Assembly (NCBI GenBank): GCA_050250895.1
Contig: JBFWNU010000004.1
Coordinates: 174,924-238,923 of the forward strand
Reading direction: 5' to 3'
From: Vulcanimicrobiota bacterium
Lineage (GTDB): Bacteria > Vulcanimicrobiota > Xenobia > Xenobiales > JADMJV01
DNA: 64,000 nucleotides
Below, one piece after another: positions 9,635 to 19,250 of this stretch; the first letter of the stretch is position 1, and the number at the start of each line of letters is the position of its first letter. The notes beneath the pieces were generated by a model. It saw nothing but the letters and a program-made list of their open reading frames with translations. It searched no databases and was not told the DNA's origin. A program made the position numbers and the translations under genes.

Positions 9635-10738
9635 GTGGACCTTATCGAAAGTCTGCTCAAGCTCGTCGGCCGGGGACCCGATGACCCTATTCGGGTCAAG
9701 GAAGAGACCCTGGTCCCTTTCTTTCGGCGCTTGGCCACCATGCTGCGAGCTGGCGTCAGCGCCGCCCAGGCCCTCGAATTTCTGGCCGAAGGCGAAGACG
9801 ACCCGCGCATGGCCGAAGCTCTCGACTTTCTCTGCGTCGGCGTTCATTCGGGTCGAACCATCGCCGTCTCGATGTCGCAACATCGATTGTCTCGGATCTT
9901 CTCCCCCATCGTGGTGGGCATGGTGCGACTCGGTGAGCAGACCGGCGGCCTCATCGACGTCACCGAGAAACTGGCCGATCTGGTCGAGCGGCAACAGAAG
10001 CTGCGCCGCGAAGTGGTGGCGGCTCTGACTTACCCCTCGGCCCTGATGCTCATCATGGGCCTGGTAGGGGCTATCTTCGTGGTGGTTCTGGGCCCCCGCG
10101 ACCAGGGTTTGTTCGGCGCTTTTGGTCAAGAACTGCCGTTGCCGACCGAGATCCTGATGAAAGCCTCGGAGCTTTTGCGCAGCCCGGCCTGGCTGTTGGG
10201 CACGCTGGGGATCATCTCTGGACTGTTGTGGGGCGTCTACTATCGTTGGCAACACTCGCCCAAATTTCGCCTGCACCTCGACACTCTGATGCTCGATGTC
10301 CCGGCCGTGGGCACTCTCATTCAGAAGGTCGAGAGTGCCCGCATGCTCTATGTCATCTCGACGGCCACTCAGGTGGGTATCCCGATGATGACGGCTCTCA
10401 CGCTTTCGGTCGAGGTGTGCGGCAACAGCTACATCCGCGAACAGTTCCACAACGCCCTCAAGCTGTTTCGCAACGGGGTCGATCTCGACGAGGCGTTACA
10501 GCGCATGAGCGTCTTTCCGAATATGGTCACCAGTATGGTTCGACTCGGTATGGAATCGGGCCAACTCGACACCGTGCTGGCCAGCGTCTCGCGGGCCTAT
10601 GAAGAAGACGTCAGCACCACCTTGAGCAACACCACCAAGATGCTCGAGCCGCTGCTGCTCTCGATCGCCGGCCTGATGGCCGCTTTCCTGGCCCTGGCCA
10701 CCCTGATGCCCATCATCCAACTGGCCAACAAGCTCTAG
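9635..10738 (+). CDS. Type II secretion F / type IV pilus PilC family platform protein
   Basis: Two T2SSF repeats: FFRRLATMLRAGV, GEQTGGL, ALTYPS, LPLPT, GMESGQLD, LEPLLL. Confidence 0.9.
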   Translation: MDLIESLLKLVGRGPDDPIRVKEETLVPFFRRLATMLRAGVSAAQALEFLAEGEDDPRMAEALDFLCVGVHSGRTIAVSMSQHRLSRIFSPIVVGMVRLGEQTGGLIDVTEKLADLVERQQKLRREVVAALTYPSALMLIMGLVGAIFVVVLGPRDQGLFGAFGQELPLPTEILMKASELLRSPAWLLGTLGIISGLLWGVYYRWQHSPKFRLHLDTLMLDVPAVGTLIQKVESARMLYVISTATQVGIPMMTALTLSVEVCGNSYIREQFHNALKLFRNGVDLDEALQRMSVFPNMVTSMVRLGMESGQLDTVLASVSRAYEEDVSTTLSNTTKMLEPLLLSIAGLMAAFLALATLMPIIQLANKL

Positions 10739-11757
10739 GCCACGGCCGGATGCGAGGCCACAAAAAGGGCGAACATGGCCAACTGGGCCAGCCCCAACCC
10801 AACCACCGACCAGACATAGGCTCTACCCTCAAGGCGAGCCCCGGCTGCTTCGAAGACGGGAAAAACGACCACCAGGTAACGGACCAGGCTGGCTCCTAGC
10901 AGTTGCCACAAGGGCATTAGAATCGACAGCCCGGTATAGACCTTCTCGGACCGGGCCAACGAGCCCGTCCAGACCACCCCCCAGGCGGCCAGAGCCGCCA
11001 GTAGTCCCACCAGATGCTGCGCCTGAAAGTGGGACCATCCGCCCACCTGACCGGCCAGCCAGTCCTGGGCGTGGACATAGGCCAGGAAGTCGTGGGCGAC
11101 CTGTCGGAGGTGCCAGAAGAAAGCGAGCACCGGCAGAGGGATCAAGCCAAGCCAGAGGACCTGGGCCGGCTGTTGGCGAGGCTCGAAATAGAGGGCCAGG
11201 GCTAGCAAGAGGCCCGTTGGCCGGGTGGCCGCGGCCAGTGCCCCCAACAGACCCACCAGGGGCCACTTCTGTCGTCGCGCGGCCAGAAATGCCCCGGCTG
11301 ACAACAGCAGAAAGCTCGATTCGCTGTAGACGGCCGAGAGAAAGAAGGCTGACGGGAACGCCAGCCACAAGCCCATCATTCGCCGGCACATCACCAGGTC
11401 ATGACGCTCTCGAAAAAGTTCCCAAAGAACGAGCATCGAACCCAGCAGAGCCACGTTGCTCACGATCAAACCGGCCACCGAGGCCGGGCAGCACCAACTC
11501 AGACTGCTCACCAAAAGGGGATAGCCAGGAAACCATGCGCAGGTGCCGCCCAGACCGGGAATGTAACCCTGCTCGACGATGCGCAGGTAGTGCAGGCTGT
11601 CGAGGCGGCTCCACATCGTGTACCAGGGCCCCGCCTCGGGGTGAGGAGAATAGCTGGGCAGATAGGTCAAGGCAAGCCATCCCACCAGGCTCAAGACCAG
11701 GCGGGATAGAGCCCATAGCCCCACTATCCATCTCCATTCCTGCCAACGCTTGCTCAT
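10735..11757 (-). CDS. PIG-V-like mannosyltransferase (GT-C fold membrane protein)
   Basis: W..LDS.HYL.I...GY, AWFPGYP, FP.AFFLSAVYSES, TRPTG motifs; multiple TM helices. Confidence 0.8.
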   Translation of the reverse strand: MSKRWQEWRWIVGLWALSRLVLSLVGWLALTYLPSYSPHPEAGPWYTMWSRLDSLHYLRIVEQGYIPGLGGTCAWFPGYPLLVSSLSWCCPASVAGLIVSNVALLGSMLVLWELFRERHDLVMCRRMMGLWLAFPSAFFLSAVYSESSFLLLSAGAFLAARRQKWPLVGLLGALAAATRPTGLLLALALYFEPRQQPAQVLWLGLIPLPVLAFFWHLRQVAHDFLAYVHAQDWLAGQVGGWSHFQAQHLVGLLAALAAWGVVWTGSLARSEKVYTGLSILMPLWQLLGASLVRYLVVVFPVFEAAGARLEGRAYVWSVVGLGLAQLAMFALFVASHPAVA

Positions 11758-11840
11758 CTCACCCGGCTCCTGTTCGGCGTCAAACCCCGACCTTCCGGGC
11801 AGTAGATGGCAAAAGATGAATTTCGTGCTACACTATCGGC

Positions 11841-13763
11841 ATGGGGACATCGAAGAAGTGGGACAAGCGGGGGGTCCTACTCGTCACGGTCATGTTTTTC
11901 ATCCTGGTGGTGGGCATGCTGGCCCGAGCCATCTTGATTGTCGGGCCGGGCATGGCCCGCATCGGCAATCAGGCCCAGGACGAACTCCTGGCCCAGCGGG
12001 CCGCCGAGGCCGGCGCCATTTATGCCCGAGCCCAACTGCGGGGCAACGTCGACTGGCAGGGCGACCTCAACACCACCACCGTCGACCTCCCCGATCTCAA
12101 GGTCGTCGAAGATCACGGCAACGTCATCGGCTGGGTCAAGAACGGGGCGGGTCAGGTAGCGCAGTTCCGGATTCGTTTCAACTATCAAGACGGTCCCAGC
12201 GGTCCCGACAATCTCGACGACCCGGCCGCCAACCACGAGATCGACCACGTGTACGTCTCGATGAACAACTTTCGCGGAGTCGACAAGCCACTGCCCCGGG
12301 CCGATGCCGGCACCTGGACGGTGACCGACGCCACCACCGGCCCCACCACCATCCCCGCCCACACCGTCGTGGTCGAAGTCGAGGGCCTATCGGGCCGGGC
12401 CCTGGCCGGCACCACCGGCCCCGACTCGGCGCGGGGGCCCGGCAACCTGTTGCGGCGAGTGCTCAAGGTGGTCTATCATGCCGATGTCGATGTGGGCATA
12501 CCTGAGGCCGTGATCAGTGCCGGTAATGGCATCGAAATCGAGATGACCAAAGGCGCCGAGGTCGGAGTGATCGGCATCGAGACCCCCAAGCTCCGCTCCA
12601 AAAAGGGCGTCGATGTCAAGAAGCCCGACGCCAGCGACAACATCCTGACCATGGACGGCGAGATCTATCGTAACGCCAGCGACGGAGTGAACGCTGCCGT
12701 CAGCGGCTCGGTCAACGAACTCGACGAGGATCCGGACGCAGCCTTCTTTGAACTCGCCTGGGACGACGTTCCCAAAGCCTCGAGCGACGCCACGGAAGCC
12801 GTCCAGATCCAGGGCGGCGTCTATGTGGTCCAGCCCACCGGAACCTACAAGTATTACGACATGTCGCTAGCGGACTACAAGGCGCTCACCCCCGATGCGA
12901 CCGGCGTTCGTCCGGGCGGGGTCGACTTGAGCGCCGACTGGGCCGAGGTCAGACCGGCCGGAAATGTGGCTGTGGGCGGCCTTACCGTAGACAAGAACAA
13001 GTATCGATTGGACCTGACCAAAGACGTCAACGTCAATACCTCGCCCGGCGGGGTTGACGACATCGTCATCACCACCATTCAAGGCCGCCGCCTCCATGAA
13101 GAAGATACGACCGGCGACTATATGTTCACGGCTGACGATGCCACCTTCTTCGTGCCCGGCACTCTGAACCTGACCAACTCGAACCTGACCAGCAAGGGCA
13201 ACGTCGACGTGCTCATCAACGTCAACGGCGAAAACGGTTCGATCGTGGCCGAGGGCAACGCCGTGGTGGCCGCCCCCAGCGTAGCCATCAAGAAACTGGG
13301 CGCGGTAGTCTTCGAACAGCGCCTGAGCCTCTACGTGCAGGGCGACCTGACCGTTTCGACCTTTATCAGCCAGCCCGAAATCAACGCCTGGCCCTATTTC
13401 TGGTCGCCCGCCTATACCGGCTACGGACCGCTGGCCATGGAAGGACTGGTCTACACCTGGGGCGACACGACCATCCTGGCCGGCACACCCGGTCGGGCCG
13501 CCGGCCCGGGCTTTGGGGGCTACACTCCCACCAACTACGGCGAGATTTCCATCAAAGGTGCCCTGGTGTGCTACGGAGCCGACCTCGAGGTCGATCCTTC
13601 GGCCAAGCCTGGCAGCGGCGGCAACGGAGCGGTCCGAATGTACGGCGAGTTCGCCAGTATCATGTACGACTCGAGCAAACTAGCCTCCGACCCCACCTCG
13701 GTGCCGGCCGGCGCTCCCCTCGAGGCCATCACCCGGCTGAGCTATGGGTTTGAAGGAAACTAG
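11841..13763 (+). CDS. PilX-like large pilus assembly / tip protein
   Basis: Class III signal KRG|VLLVTVMFF lacking E5 (as in PilX/GspK), then AQRAAEAG motif and a long beta-rich domain. Confidence 0.7.
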   Translation: MGTSKKWDKRGVLLVTVMFFILVVGMLARAILIVGPGMARIGNQAQDELLAQRAAEAGAIYARAQLRGNVDWQGDLNTTTVDLPDLKVVEDHGNVIGWVKNGAGQVAQFRIRFNYQDGPSGPDNLDDPAANHEIDHVYVSMNNFRGVDKPLPRADAGTWTVTDATTGPTTIPAHTVVVEVEGLSGRALAGTTGPDSARGPGNLLRRVLKVVYHADVDVGIPEAVISAGNGIEIEMTKGAEVGVIGIETPKLRSKKGVDVKKPDASDNILTMDGEIYRNASDGVNAAVSGSVNELDEDPDAAFFELAWDDVPKASSDATEAVQIQGGVYVVQPTGTYKYYDMSLADYKALTPDATGVRPGGVDLSADWAEVRPAGNVAVGGLTVDKNKYRLDLTKDVNVNTSPGGVDDIVITTIQGRRLHEEDTTGDYMFTADDATFFVPGTLNLTNSNLTSKGNVDVLINVNGENGSIVAEGNAVVAAPSVAIKKLGAVVFEQRLSLYVQGDLTVSTFISQPEINAWPYFWSPAYTGYGPLAMEGLVYTWGDTTILAGTPGRAAGPGFGGYTPTNYGEISIKGALVCYGADLEVDPSAKPGSGGNGAVRMYGEFASIMYDSSKLASDPTSVPAGAPLEAITRLSYGFEGN

Positions 13764-14193
13764 AGGCTTAACTCTAGCAGAAGTGGTGCTGGCCATCGGG
13801 CTGATGGCCATGGCCCTGTTCGCTCTGTTGAGCGTGTGCAGTATGGCTGTACGGTATCAACGGCAAAGTATCAACAACATCAACGCCGCTCGGGTGGCCG
13901 ACGCCGCCCTGGGAAGAGCCATGTCGTCTGCTCTCAACGACACTCCCGCCGGGGCTTCGGGCGATTTCTGGGACAACGAGTGGCCCTATCCCAATTCGCC
14001 CTGGGTGACGGGCACCGAGGCGGTCGGTCACCAGCGCTTCTTCTTTGCCATCTATGCCACCACCGTGCCCTCGATCGGCGATGCCGACAACGCGGTCAAA
14101 CGCGTCGACGCCTATGTCTGGTGGACCGAAAACCAGGCCGGCGCCAAGCTCACGGCGGCGATGCGCCTGGTCAACAAGGGAGAAGAACCTTGA
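13744..14193 (+). CDS. Minor pilin (PilV-like) with prepilin cleavage/methylation motif
   Basis: TRG|LTLAEVVLAIGL. Confidence 0.85.
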   Translation: MGLKETRGLTLAEVVLAIGLMAMALFALLSVCSMAVRYQRQSINNINAARVADAALGRAMSSALNDTPAGASGDFWDNEWPYPNSPWVTGTEAVGHQRFFFAIYATTVPSIGDADNAVKRVDAYVWWTENQAGAKLTAAMRLVNKGEEP

Positions 14194-15050
14194 ACCCACC
14201 TGATGCGCGACCGAACCTCGTCTGGCGACGCTATCACGCTCGACTGCTGCGTCGCGGTCACCACTGCGGTGGACGAGCCTTTACGCTGCCTGAACTGTTG
14301 ATCGCGATGGCCGTCGCTTCGGCCCTGATGCTGGCCGGCTACGGCTTGATGCAGATGTCCTACCAGGTCTATCACAAGGTATCGGGCAACGAAGACGTCA
14401 CCATGCAGCTCAAGCGTGGCTCGCGACTGCTGCAGCAACACCTGATCGTGAGCAACTTTAGCAAGAGCAAGGTCCAGGATTGCCCGGCCAGTTTGCCGGG
14501 AGGCGCCCCGGACGGAACCGCCCTGTGTGTGCTCAGCGCTCTCGACAACGGCGTGGGCGACATGGCCACCAAGCCCGGCGGCGAGCCCTATTGGCAGCGC
14601 AACGTGCTGTTCTACATCACCGTTCCCACCGGCGACCCCTGTGTGGGTGGCGCCGGTCCTCTCGGGTATGACGACCGTTGCCCTCACAAGGTGTTGATCC
14701 GCAAGATCATCGATTCGGGTCCGGTCACCGTCCCCACCGGCAATCCCGGCGCCGACATCGAGGACCTGCTCTCGGACCTGAGTCCTTATCTGACCCGGCC
14801 CAACAAGCTCGATACCAGCGCTATGCTGGGCGAACCCGGGGTCACCAGGGTCGACATTCTGGCCACTCATCTGCTGGGCATGTACGCTGAGCGCGAGCCG
14901 AACCCCGAAGCCCCAGGAGAAATCCTGGTCACCCTCACCGCCTTCAATGTCGAGGCATCCAAGGGCGTGGCGGTCGGGACCGCCTCGTTGAGCGGTCACG
15001 AAAACCTGGTGGCGCAGATTCTCTCGGTCTTTCCCCGGAACAACCAGTAG
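14190..15050 (+). CDS. Minor pilin (PilW-like) with prepilin motif
   Basis: GRA|FTLPELLIAMAV. Likely start is TTG 14190, overlapping the upstream stop, rather than 13836. Confidence 0.8.
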   Translation: MNPPDARPNLVWRRYHARLLRRGHHCGGRAFTLPELLIAMAVASALMLAGYGLMQMSYQVYHKVSGNEDVTMQLKRGSRLLQQHLIVSNFSKSKVQDCPASLPGGAPDGTALCVLSALDNGVGDMATKPGGEPYWQRNVLFYITVPTGDPCVGGAGPLGYDDRCPHKVLIRKIIDSGPVTVPTGNPGADIEDLLSDLSPYLTRPNKLDTSAMLGEPGVTRVDILATHLLGMYAEREPNPEAPGEILVTLTAFNVEASKGVAVGTASLSGHENLVAQILSVFPRNNQ

Positions 15051-16427
15051 TTGAAGCCCATCGCCGTCATCGGAGCCGGTCCGGCGGGGCTGACCGCGGC
15101 CTATCAATTGGCTCGGGCCGGCCGCTCGGTTGACCTCTATGAAGCGGCTTCAGGGGTGGGAGGCCTGGCTCGCTCGCTCGAGCTCTGGGGCCAGACGGTC
15201 GACCTCGGACCCCACCGATTCTTCACTCGCGATGCCCAGGTAGCCGCCTTCTGGCAAGAGATTCTTGGCGACCAGGCGCGCCGGGTCAGGCGATTCACGC
15301 GCATCTACTATCAGGGCCGCTATTTTCACTACCCCCTCAGGTTAGCGGATGTCTTCACCAACCTCGGCGCCCTGGAATGCCTGGCCTGCGCCCTTAGCTT
15401 CGCCCGCGAACAACTGTGGCCCAGCGCGGACCGCGTCAGCCTCGAGGGCTGGCTGGTGGCCCAATTCGGGCGGCGTCTCTACGACAAGTTCTTCAAGAGT
15501 TATAGCGAGAAACTCTGGGGTCTGCCGGGGACCGCCGTCGACGCCAACTTCGCGGCCCAGCGCATCGCGGGACTGTCCCTGGTTGAAGCCCTCCGCTCAT
15601 CCCTGGGCCTGGGCAGCCGCTCGCGCACCCTGGTCGACACCTTCGACTATCCCGCTGGCGGGACCGGCTCCTTTTACCGACGACTGGCCGAGCGAGCTCA
15701 ATTGGCCGGGCTGCGCCTATGGCTAAACACCCCCGTAGCCAGGGTCGAACTCCAAGGCTGCAACGTGCATGGTCTCCGCCTGGGGGATGGCACCTTCAAA
15801 GCGCACGCCCAGGTCGTGTCGACGATGCCACTGACCCGGCTGATCACGAGTCTAGCCGGGGCGCCCGAAGAGGTCCTTCAGGCGGCCGGCCAACTCCGGT
15901 TTCGTCAGACGGTGCTGGTCTATCTGAAGTTTGCGGATTCGAGCCTGTTTCCGGATAACTGGCTCTATATCCATCAGCCTGACCTGGGTCTGGGACGCAT
16001 CACCAATTTTCGCAATTGGGTGCCCGAGCTCCACGGTCCCCACCCCGAAACGATCCTGGCGTGCGAGTACTGGTGCAATCCCGGCGACGAGGTGTGGACC
16101 ATGTCCGACCATGACTTGATAGCCCTGGCCGACGGCGAAGTGCTGGCCACCGGACTGGTGACCCAACCAGCCCTCGACGGACGGGTGGTGCGCGTGCCCA
16201 ACTGTTATCCCATCTACAGCCTGGGCTACCGACGGCACCTTGAAGTCGTCGAGCGTTATCTCGACAGCCTGCAGGGCCTCTACCCCATCGGTCGCTACGG
16301 AGCCTTCAAATACAACAATCAGGACCATTCCATCAAGATGGGCCTGCTGGCCGCCGAGAAAGTGCTCGGGGCCAACCATGACCTTTGGTCGGTCAACACC
16401 GACTATGATCGCTACCAGGAGGGGTGA
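15051..16427 (+). CDS. FAD-dependent oxidoreductase (protoporphyrinogen oxidase / UDP-galactopyranose mutase-like family)
   Basis: GAGPAGL Rossmann motif, DLGPHRFF, YSEKLWG, GRYGAFKYNNQDHS. Confidence 0.85.
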   Translation: MKPIAVIGAGPAGLTAAYQLARAGRSVDLYEAASGVGGLARSLELWGQTVDLGPHRFFTRDAQVAAFWQEILGDQARRVRRFTRIYYQGRYFHYPLRLADVFTNLGALECLACALSFAREQLWPSADRVSLEGWLVAQFGRRLYDKFFKSYSEKLWGLPGTAVDANFAAQRIAGLSLVEALRSSLGLGSRSRTLVDTFDYPAGGTGSFYRRLAERAQLAGLRLWLNTPVARVELQGCNVHGLRLGDGTFKAHAQVVSTMPLTRLITSLAGAPEEVLQAAGQLRFRQTVLVYLKFADSSLFPDNWLYIHQPDLGLGRITNFRNWVPELHGPHPETILACEYWCNPGDEVWTMSDHDLIALADGEVLATGLVTQPALDGRVVRVPNCYPIYSLGYRRHLEVVERYLDSLQGLYPIGRYGAFKYNNQDHSIKMGLLAAEKVLGANHDLWSVNTDYDRYQEG

Positions 16428-17347
16428 GAGGCTGCCAGAGGAAGATCCCCGCCATGAAGATGGGATTGAGTCTACCCGTGATGGGCCCCGCCGCCGAGCC
16501 AGACCAACTCGTGGCCCTGACCAAATACGCCGAAGAGGCTGGCTTCTCGACCGTCTGGACGGCCGACCGTCTGCTGCACCCGGTGAAGCCTCGCAGCCGC
16601 TACCCGGCGGCCCCTGACGGGCAGTTGCCACCAGAGTCTCGACGAGCGCTCGACCCGCTGGAGACGCTCTCGTTTCTAGCCGGCGCCACCGAAACCATCC
16701 GGCTGGGTACGGCCGTGTTGAATATCCCCTTCTACAACCCGGTGGTCCTGGGCCGTCGCCTGGCCACCCTCGACATCCTCTCGCGAGGCCGCCTCACCAT
16801 CGGCTTCGGGCTGGGGTGGTCGGAGGACGAATTCGAAGCCAGCGGTACCACCGCTCGAGGACGTGGTCGACGGGCCGAGGAGTTTTTATCGGTGCTCGAG
16901 GCCCTGTGGGGCCCCGACCCGGTTTCGTTTGCCGGCCAATTCTACCGCGTGCCCGCCTCGCTGGTCGAAGCAAAACCCGTGCAAAAACCACGCCCCCCGG
17001 TCTTCCTGGCCGCTTTCGCCCCGGAAGCCATGGGCAGGGTGGTCCGGCGCGCCGACGGCTGGCTGCCGGTGGGCTTTCCCTTGCCGGCCTTGAAGGCAAC
17101 CTGGCAGAGCCTGCAAGTCCAGGCCCGGGAGTCAGGCAGAGAGCTTCGCCTGATCGCCGGCTCGTTTGCCCAACTCACCGAGCAGCCCCTCGACGATCCC
17201 CGGCCGATCCTATGCGGCTCGCGCGAACAGTGGCGGGCCGACCTGGCCGGCCTGGAAGAGATAGGCACCGAAGAAGTCTACGTAGTCGCCCGCGGCGGCC
17301 TCGATCAGGACCGCCAACTGATCGACACACTCGTCGCCCTCAGGTAA
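16424..17347 (+). CDS. LLM-class (luciferase-like), probably F420-dependent, oxidoreductase
   Basis: AEEAGFSTVW, LDPLETLSFLAGATETIRLGTAV, ATLDILSRGRL..GFGLGW..DEF. Alternative start ATG 16454. Confidence 0.85.
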   Translation: MRGCQRKIPAMKMGLSLPVMGPAAEPDQLVALTKYAEEAGFSTVWTADRLLHPVKPRSRYPAAPDGQLPPESRRALDPLETLSFLAGATETIRLGTAVLNIPFYNPVVLGRRLATLDILSRGRLTIGFGLGWSEDEFEASGTTARGRGRRAEEFLSVLEALWGPDPVSFAGQFYRVPASLVEAKPVQKPRPPVFLAAFAPEAMGRVVRRADGWLPVGFPLPALKATWQSLQVQARESGRELRLIAGSFAQLTEQPLDDPRPILCGSREQWRADLAGLEEIGTEEVYVVARGGLDQDRQLIDTLVALR

Positions 17348-17363
17348 CCGCTCGCTCGGATAC

Positions 17364-17398
17364 AAACCGCGGAGGTCGCGGAGCCGCGGAGGCGTGAC
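17364..17398 (+). repeat. Dispersed repeat copy 1: AAAC-CGCGGAG-gt-CGCGGAG-c-CGCGGAG-GCGTGAC
   Basis: Three exact CGCGGAG heptamers at 17368, 17377 and 17385, just after the stop at 17347; related to copies at 19183, 63705, 63756 and 63975. Confidence 0.7.
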
Positions 17399-17427
17399 CG
17401 CTGCTGGCGGGGTCGGTTGGCGCTGGT

Positions 17428-17925
17428 TCACTCCGCCAAATCTTGTAGGCGTGAGTTTAAGACCTCCTGGAGTTGAGCCAGCGTTGCCTTTCGAGCCACC
17501 CCCTGAAACTCTTCGCCTCGATCGTCGGTGATCAGGATCCATTTCCGCCCCCGGGCTTGGCCGGCGATGTGCCAATCGGTAGTCCCAGGGCATGAGGTCC
17601 CCCCGGGCGCCTCCGTTACTCCCAGACAATCCATGCAGCGCTTCTTGCGGGCCTCGTGGCGCTCACCTTTCTCTGGAAAGAGTTCACACACCATCTCAGA
17701 AAAGGCGATGGCGTCGCTATCGTCATAGCTCTCGACAGAGACGCCCTTCAATTTCAATGTTTCTAGCGGAGTTTGAAGATCGAAGTTCGCTCCGAATCTC
17801 TCCCTCTCCTGAGCCAAATGCTCGGCATGCACAAGAGCCGGGACTACCAGCCGGAGTTCCAGGCCGTTCTCCTTCAAGCGGTTAACGGAGTTCGCTAACT
17901 CCAAGATCTGGGCCTTCGCGTCCAT
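17428..17925 (-). CDS. PIN-like nuclease-fold protein, possibly N-terminally truncated
   Basis: LVVPALVHAE, DWHIAGQA and ILITDD...F match PIN acidic motifs 2-4; the usual N-terminal hhDT strand is not evident. Overlaps the ATPase end by 44 nt. Confidence 0.55.
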   Translation of the reverse strand: MDAKAQILELANSVNRLKENGLELRLVVPALVHAEHLAQERERFGANFDLQTPLETLKLKGVSVESYDDSDAIAFSEMVCELFPEKGERHEARKKRCMDCLGVTEAPGGTSCPGTTDWHIAGQARGRKWILITDDRGEEFQGVARKATLAQLQEVLNSRLQDLAE

Positions 17926-18967
17926 TCTCCATGGCGTAGAACGTTCCACCAACCTCAAAAGCGGGCGAATGGCTGCTGAGAATCAGTTGGGTGGGACCAC
18001 GTGAGTCACGCGTCAGATCGGCAAGAGCGTCTCGCAAAGCAAGCTGACGCGAGTATCGGAGATTCATCTCCGGCTCCTCCACAGCCAGCAGCGTTGCACC
18101 CGAAACCAAAGCATGACCAAGCAGAGCGGCGATCTGCTGTGTTCCAGACCCCATTAACTCCATCGGCACCACCGTCAGGCGGCCCGCCTGCCGCTCAACC
18201 GCCAGAGAGGCGCGCTCCGCGTGACGGTCGTATCGCGCGACGACCCGCTCGTTCGCTCCAAGGTCAAGAAGCTTGCCCACGGTGTTGGCATAGAGACTCC
18301 ACCGTTCGCGCATCTGCGCATCCGCGGATTGAGAGGCATCGTAGAGTTCGAGGGCCAAAGAAGATGGTATCAAGTTTCTCGGTAGATGGCTCTCGCCTGG
18401 CGTATCCAGCGGAAGCCGATTCGCAGACACGAGTTGAAAGCGAGGCCTGCCTTCGGAGTTCCCGACGAGATGATGGCTAGCGAGAAACCAGGCGAAACGT
18501 CGCGCATACTCTCCCTTTTCTTCGTTCAGATCTTGGGTGGTAGTCCCGTCGGCGAATTCGAACTTAACGGTCCAGGCGGCCCCGCCAGCCTGGTCATTCT
18601 CGAGTCGAATCGTGACCTCTATCGTCTCGCAGGGCAACAGAGGTTGGATACCAGAGGCCCGCAGCTCTTCGTCACCGACGGAGAGGCGGAGCCGCTGAAT
18701 GATCGGGGCCGGGCTCTCTAGATTGAAGGCGAAGCGCAGAGGTCGTCCCGTTTCCTTCTGAAACTCCGCCGGAGAGATTACTTCCGCCCTATGAAACGGA
18801 AGTCGCTTTCGCCCCAAGAGGCGAAAAGCCAGCTCGATGGATTCCAGCAGGTTTGACTTGCCAACGTCGTTGTCACCATGAATGACGTTGAGCTTCTCGA
18901 GTGCGACGAGTTTCACCTCAGCGGTTAGGTTTTTGTAGCCTTGAACGCTGTATCCCTCAAGCTGCAT
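17882..18967 (-). CDS. ABC-type ATPase (AAA_15/AAA_21, OLD/AbiEii-like)
   Basis: GYKNL, Walker A IHGDNDVGKSNLL, signature MGSGTQQ, Walker B/D-loop LAVEEPEMNL, H-loop SSHSP; codon usage visibly more AT-ending than flanks. Confidence 0.85.
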   Translation of the reverse strand: MQLEGYSVQGYKNLTAEVKLVALEKLNVIHGDNDVGKSNLLESIELAFRLLGRKRLPFHRAEVISPAEFQKETGRPLRFAFNLESPAPIIQRLRLSVGDEELRASGIQPLLPCETIEVTIRLENDQAGGAAWTVKFEFADGTTTQDLNEEKGEYARRFAWFLASHHLVGNSEGRPRFQLVSANRLPLDTPGESHLPRNLIPSSLALELYDASQSADAQMRERWSLYANTVGKLLDLGANERVVARYDRHAERASLAVERQAGRLTVVPMELMGSGTQQIAALLGHALVSGATLLAVEEPEMNLRYSRQLALRDALADLTRDSRGPTQLILSSHSPAFEVGGTFYAMENGREGPDLGVSELR

Positions 18968-19182
18968 GGCACCTCTTTACCAACCAGGTCTCATCCAAGC
19001 CTATTCAACCCAAACGGTGATCAGGAGTGAGCAGCCAAGGGCTTGCTCCCATCGATGCGACGAATGAGCCCACATTTCCGGGGATCTGAGTTGGGGATGT
19101 GAGGGCGCTTCTCCTGCGTTTGTTTACGACTTCCTCAACCCCTCACATTTCGGTCAGCCGATGGTGCTCCACGTTCCCGTCA

Positions 19183-19250
19183 GTCACCCCTCGGCGCCTT
19201 CGCGCCTTCGCGGTTTTCCAAGCGGCGCGCACCTTCCAAGCGGCGCTCAC
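19183..19250 (-). repeat. Dispersed repeat copy 2 (inverted relative to copy 1)
   Basis: Minus strand reads GTGAGCGCCGCTTGGAAggtgcGCGCCGCTTGGAAAAC-CGCGAAG-g-CGCGAAG-g-CGCCGAG-GGGTGAC, just after the stop of the EndoQ gene. Confidence 0.7.

Noticed and set aside
13836-14189. N-terminal 118 aa of the 404-aa ORF in the track
   Set aside because: Out-of-frame overlap with the PilV-like gene; the prepilin motif points to a start near 14190.
19097-19148. 9-bp inverted repeat ATGTGAGGG / CCCTCACAT upstream of the ATPase
   Set aside because: Short, widely spaced and possibly chance; cannot be supported as an operator.
17364-19219. Cassette considered as an IS element or composite transposon
   Set aside because: No transposase or integrase ORF, ends only loosely similar, no target-site duplication seen; reported as a repeat-bounded cassette instead.
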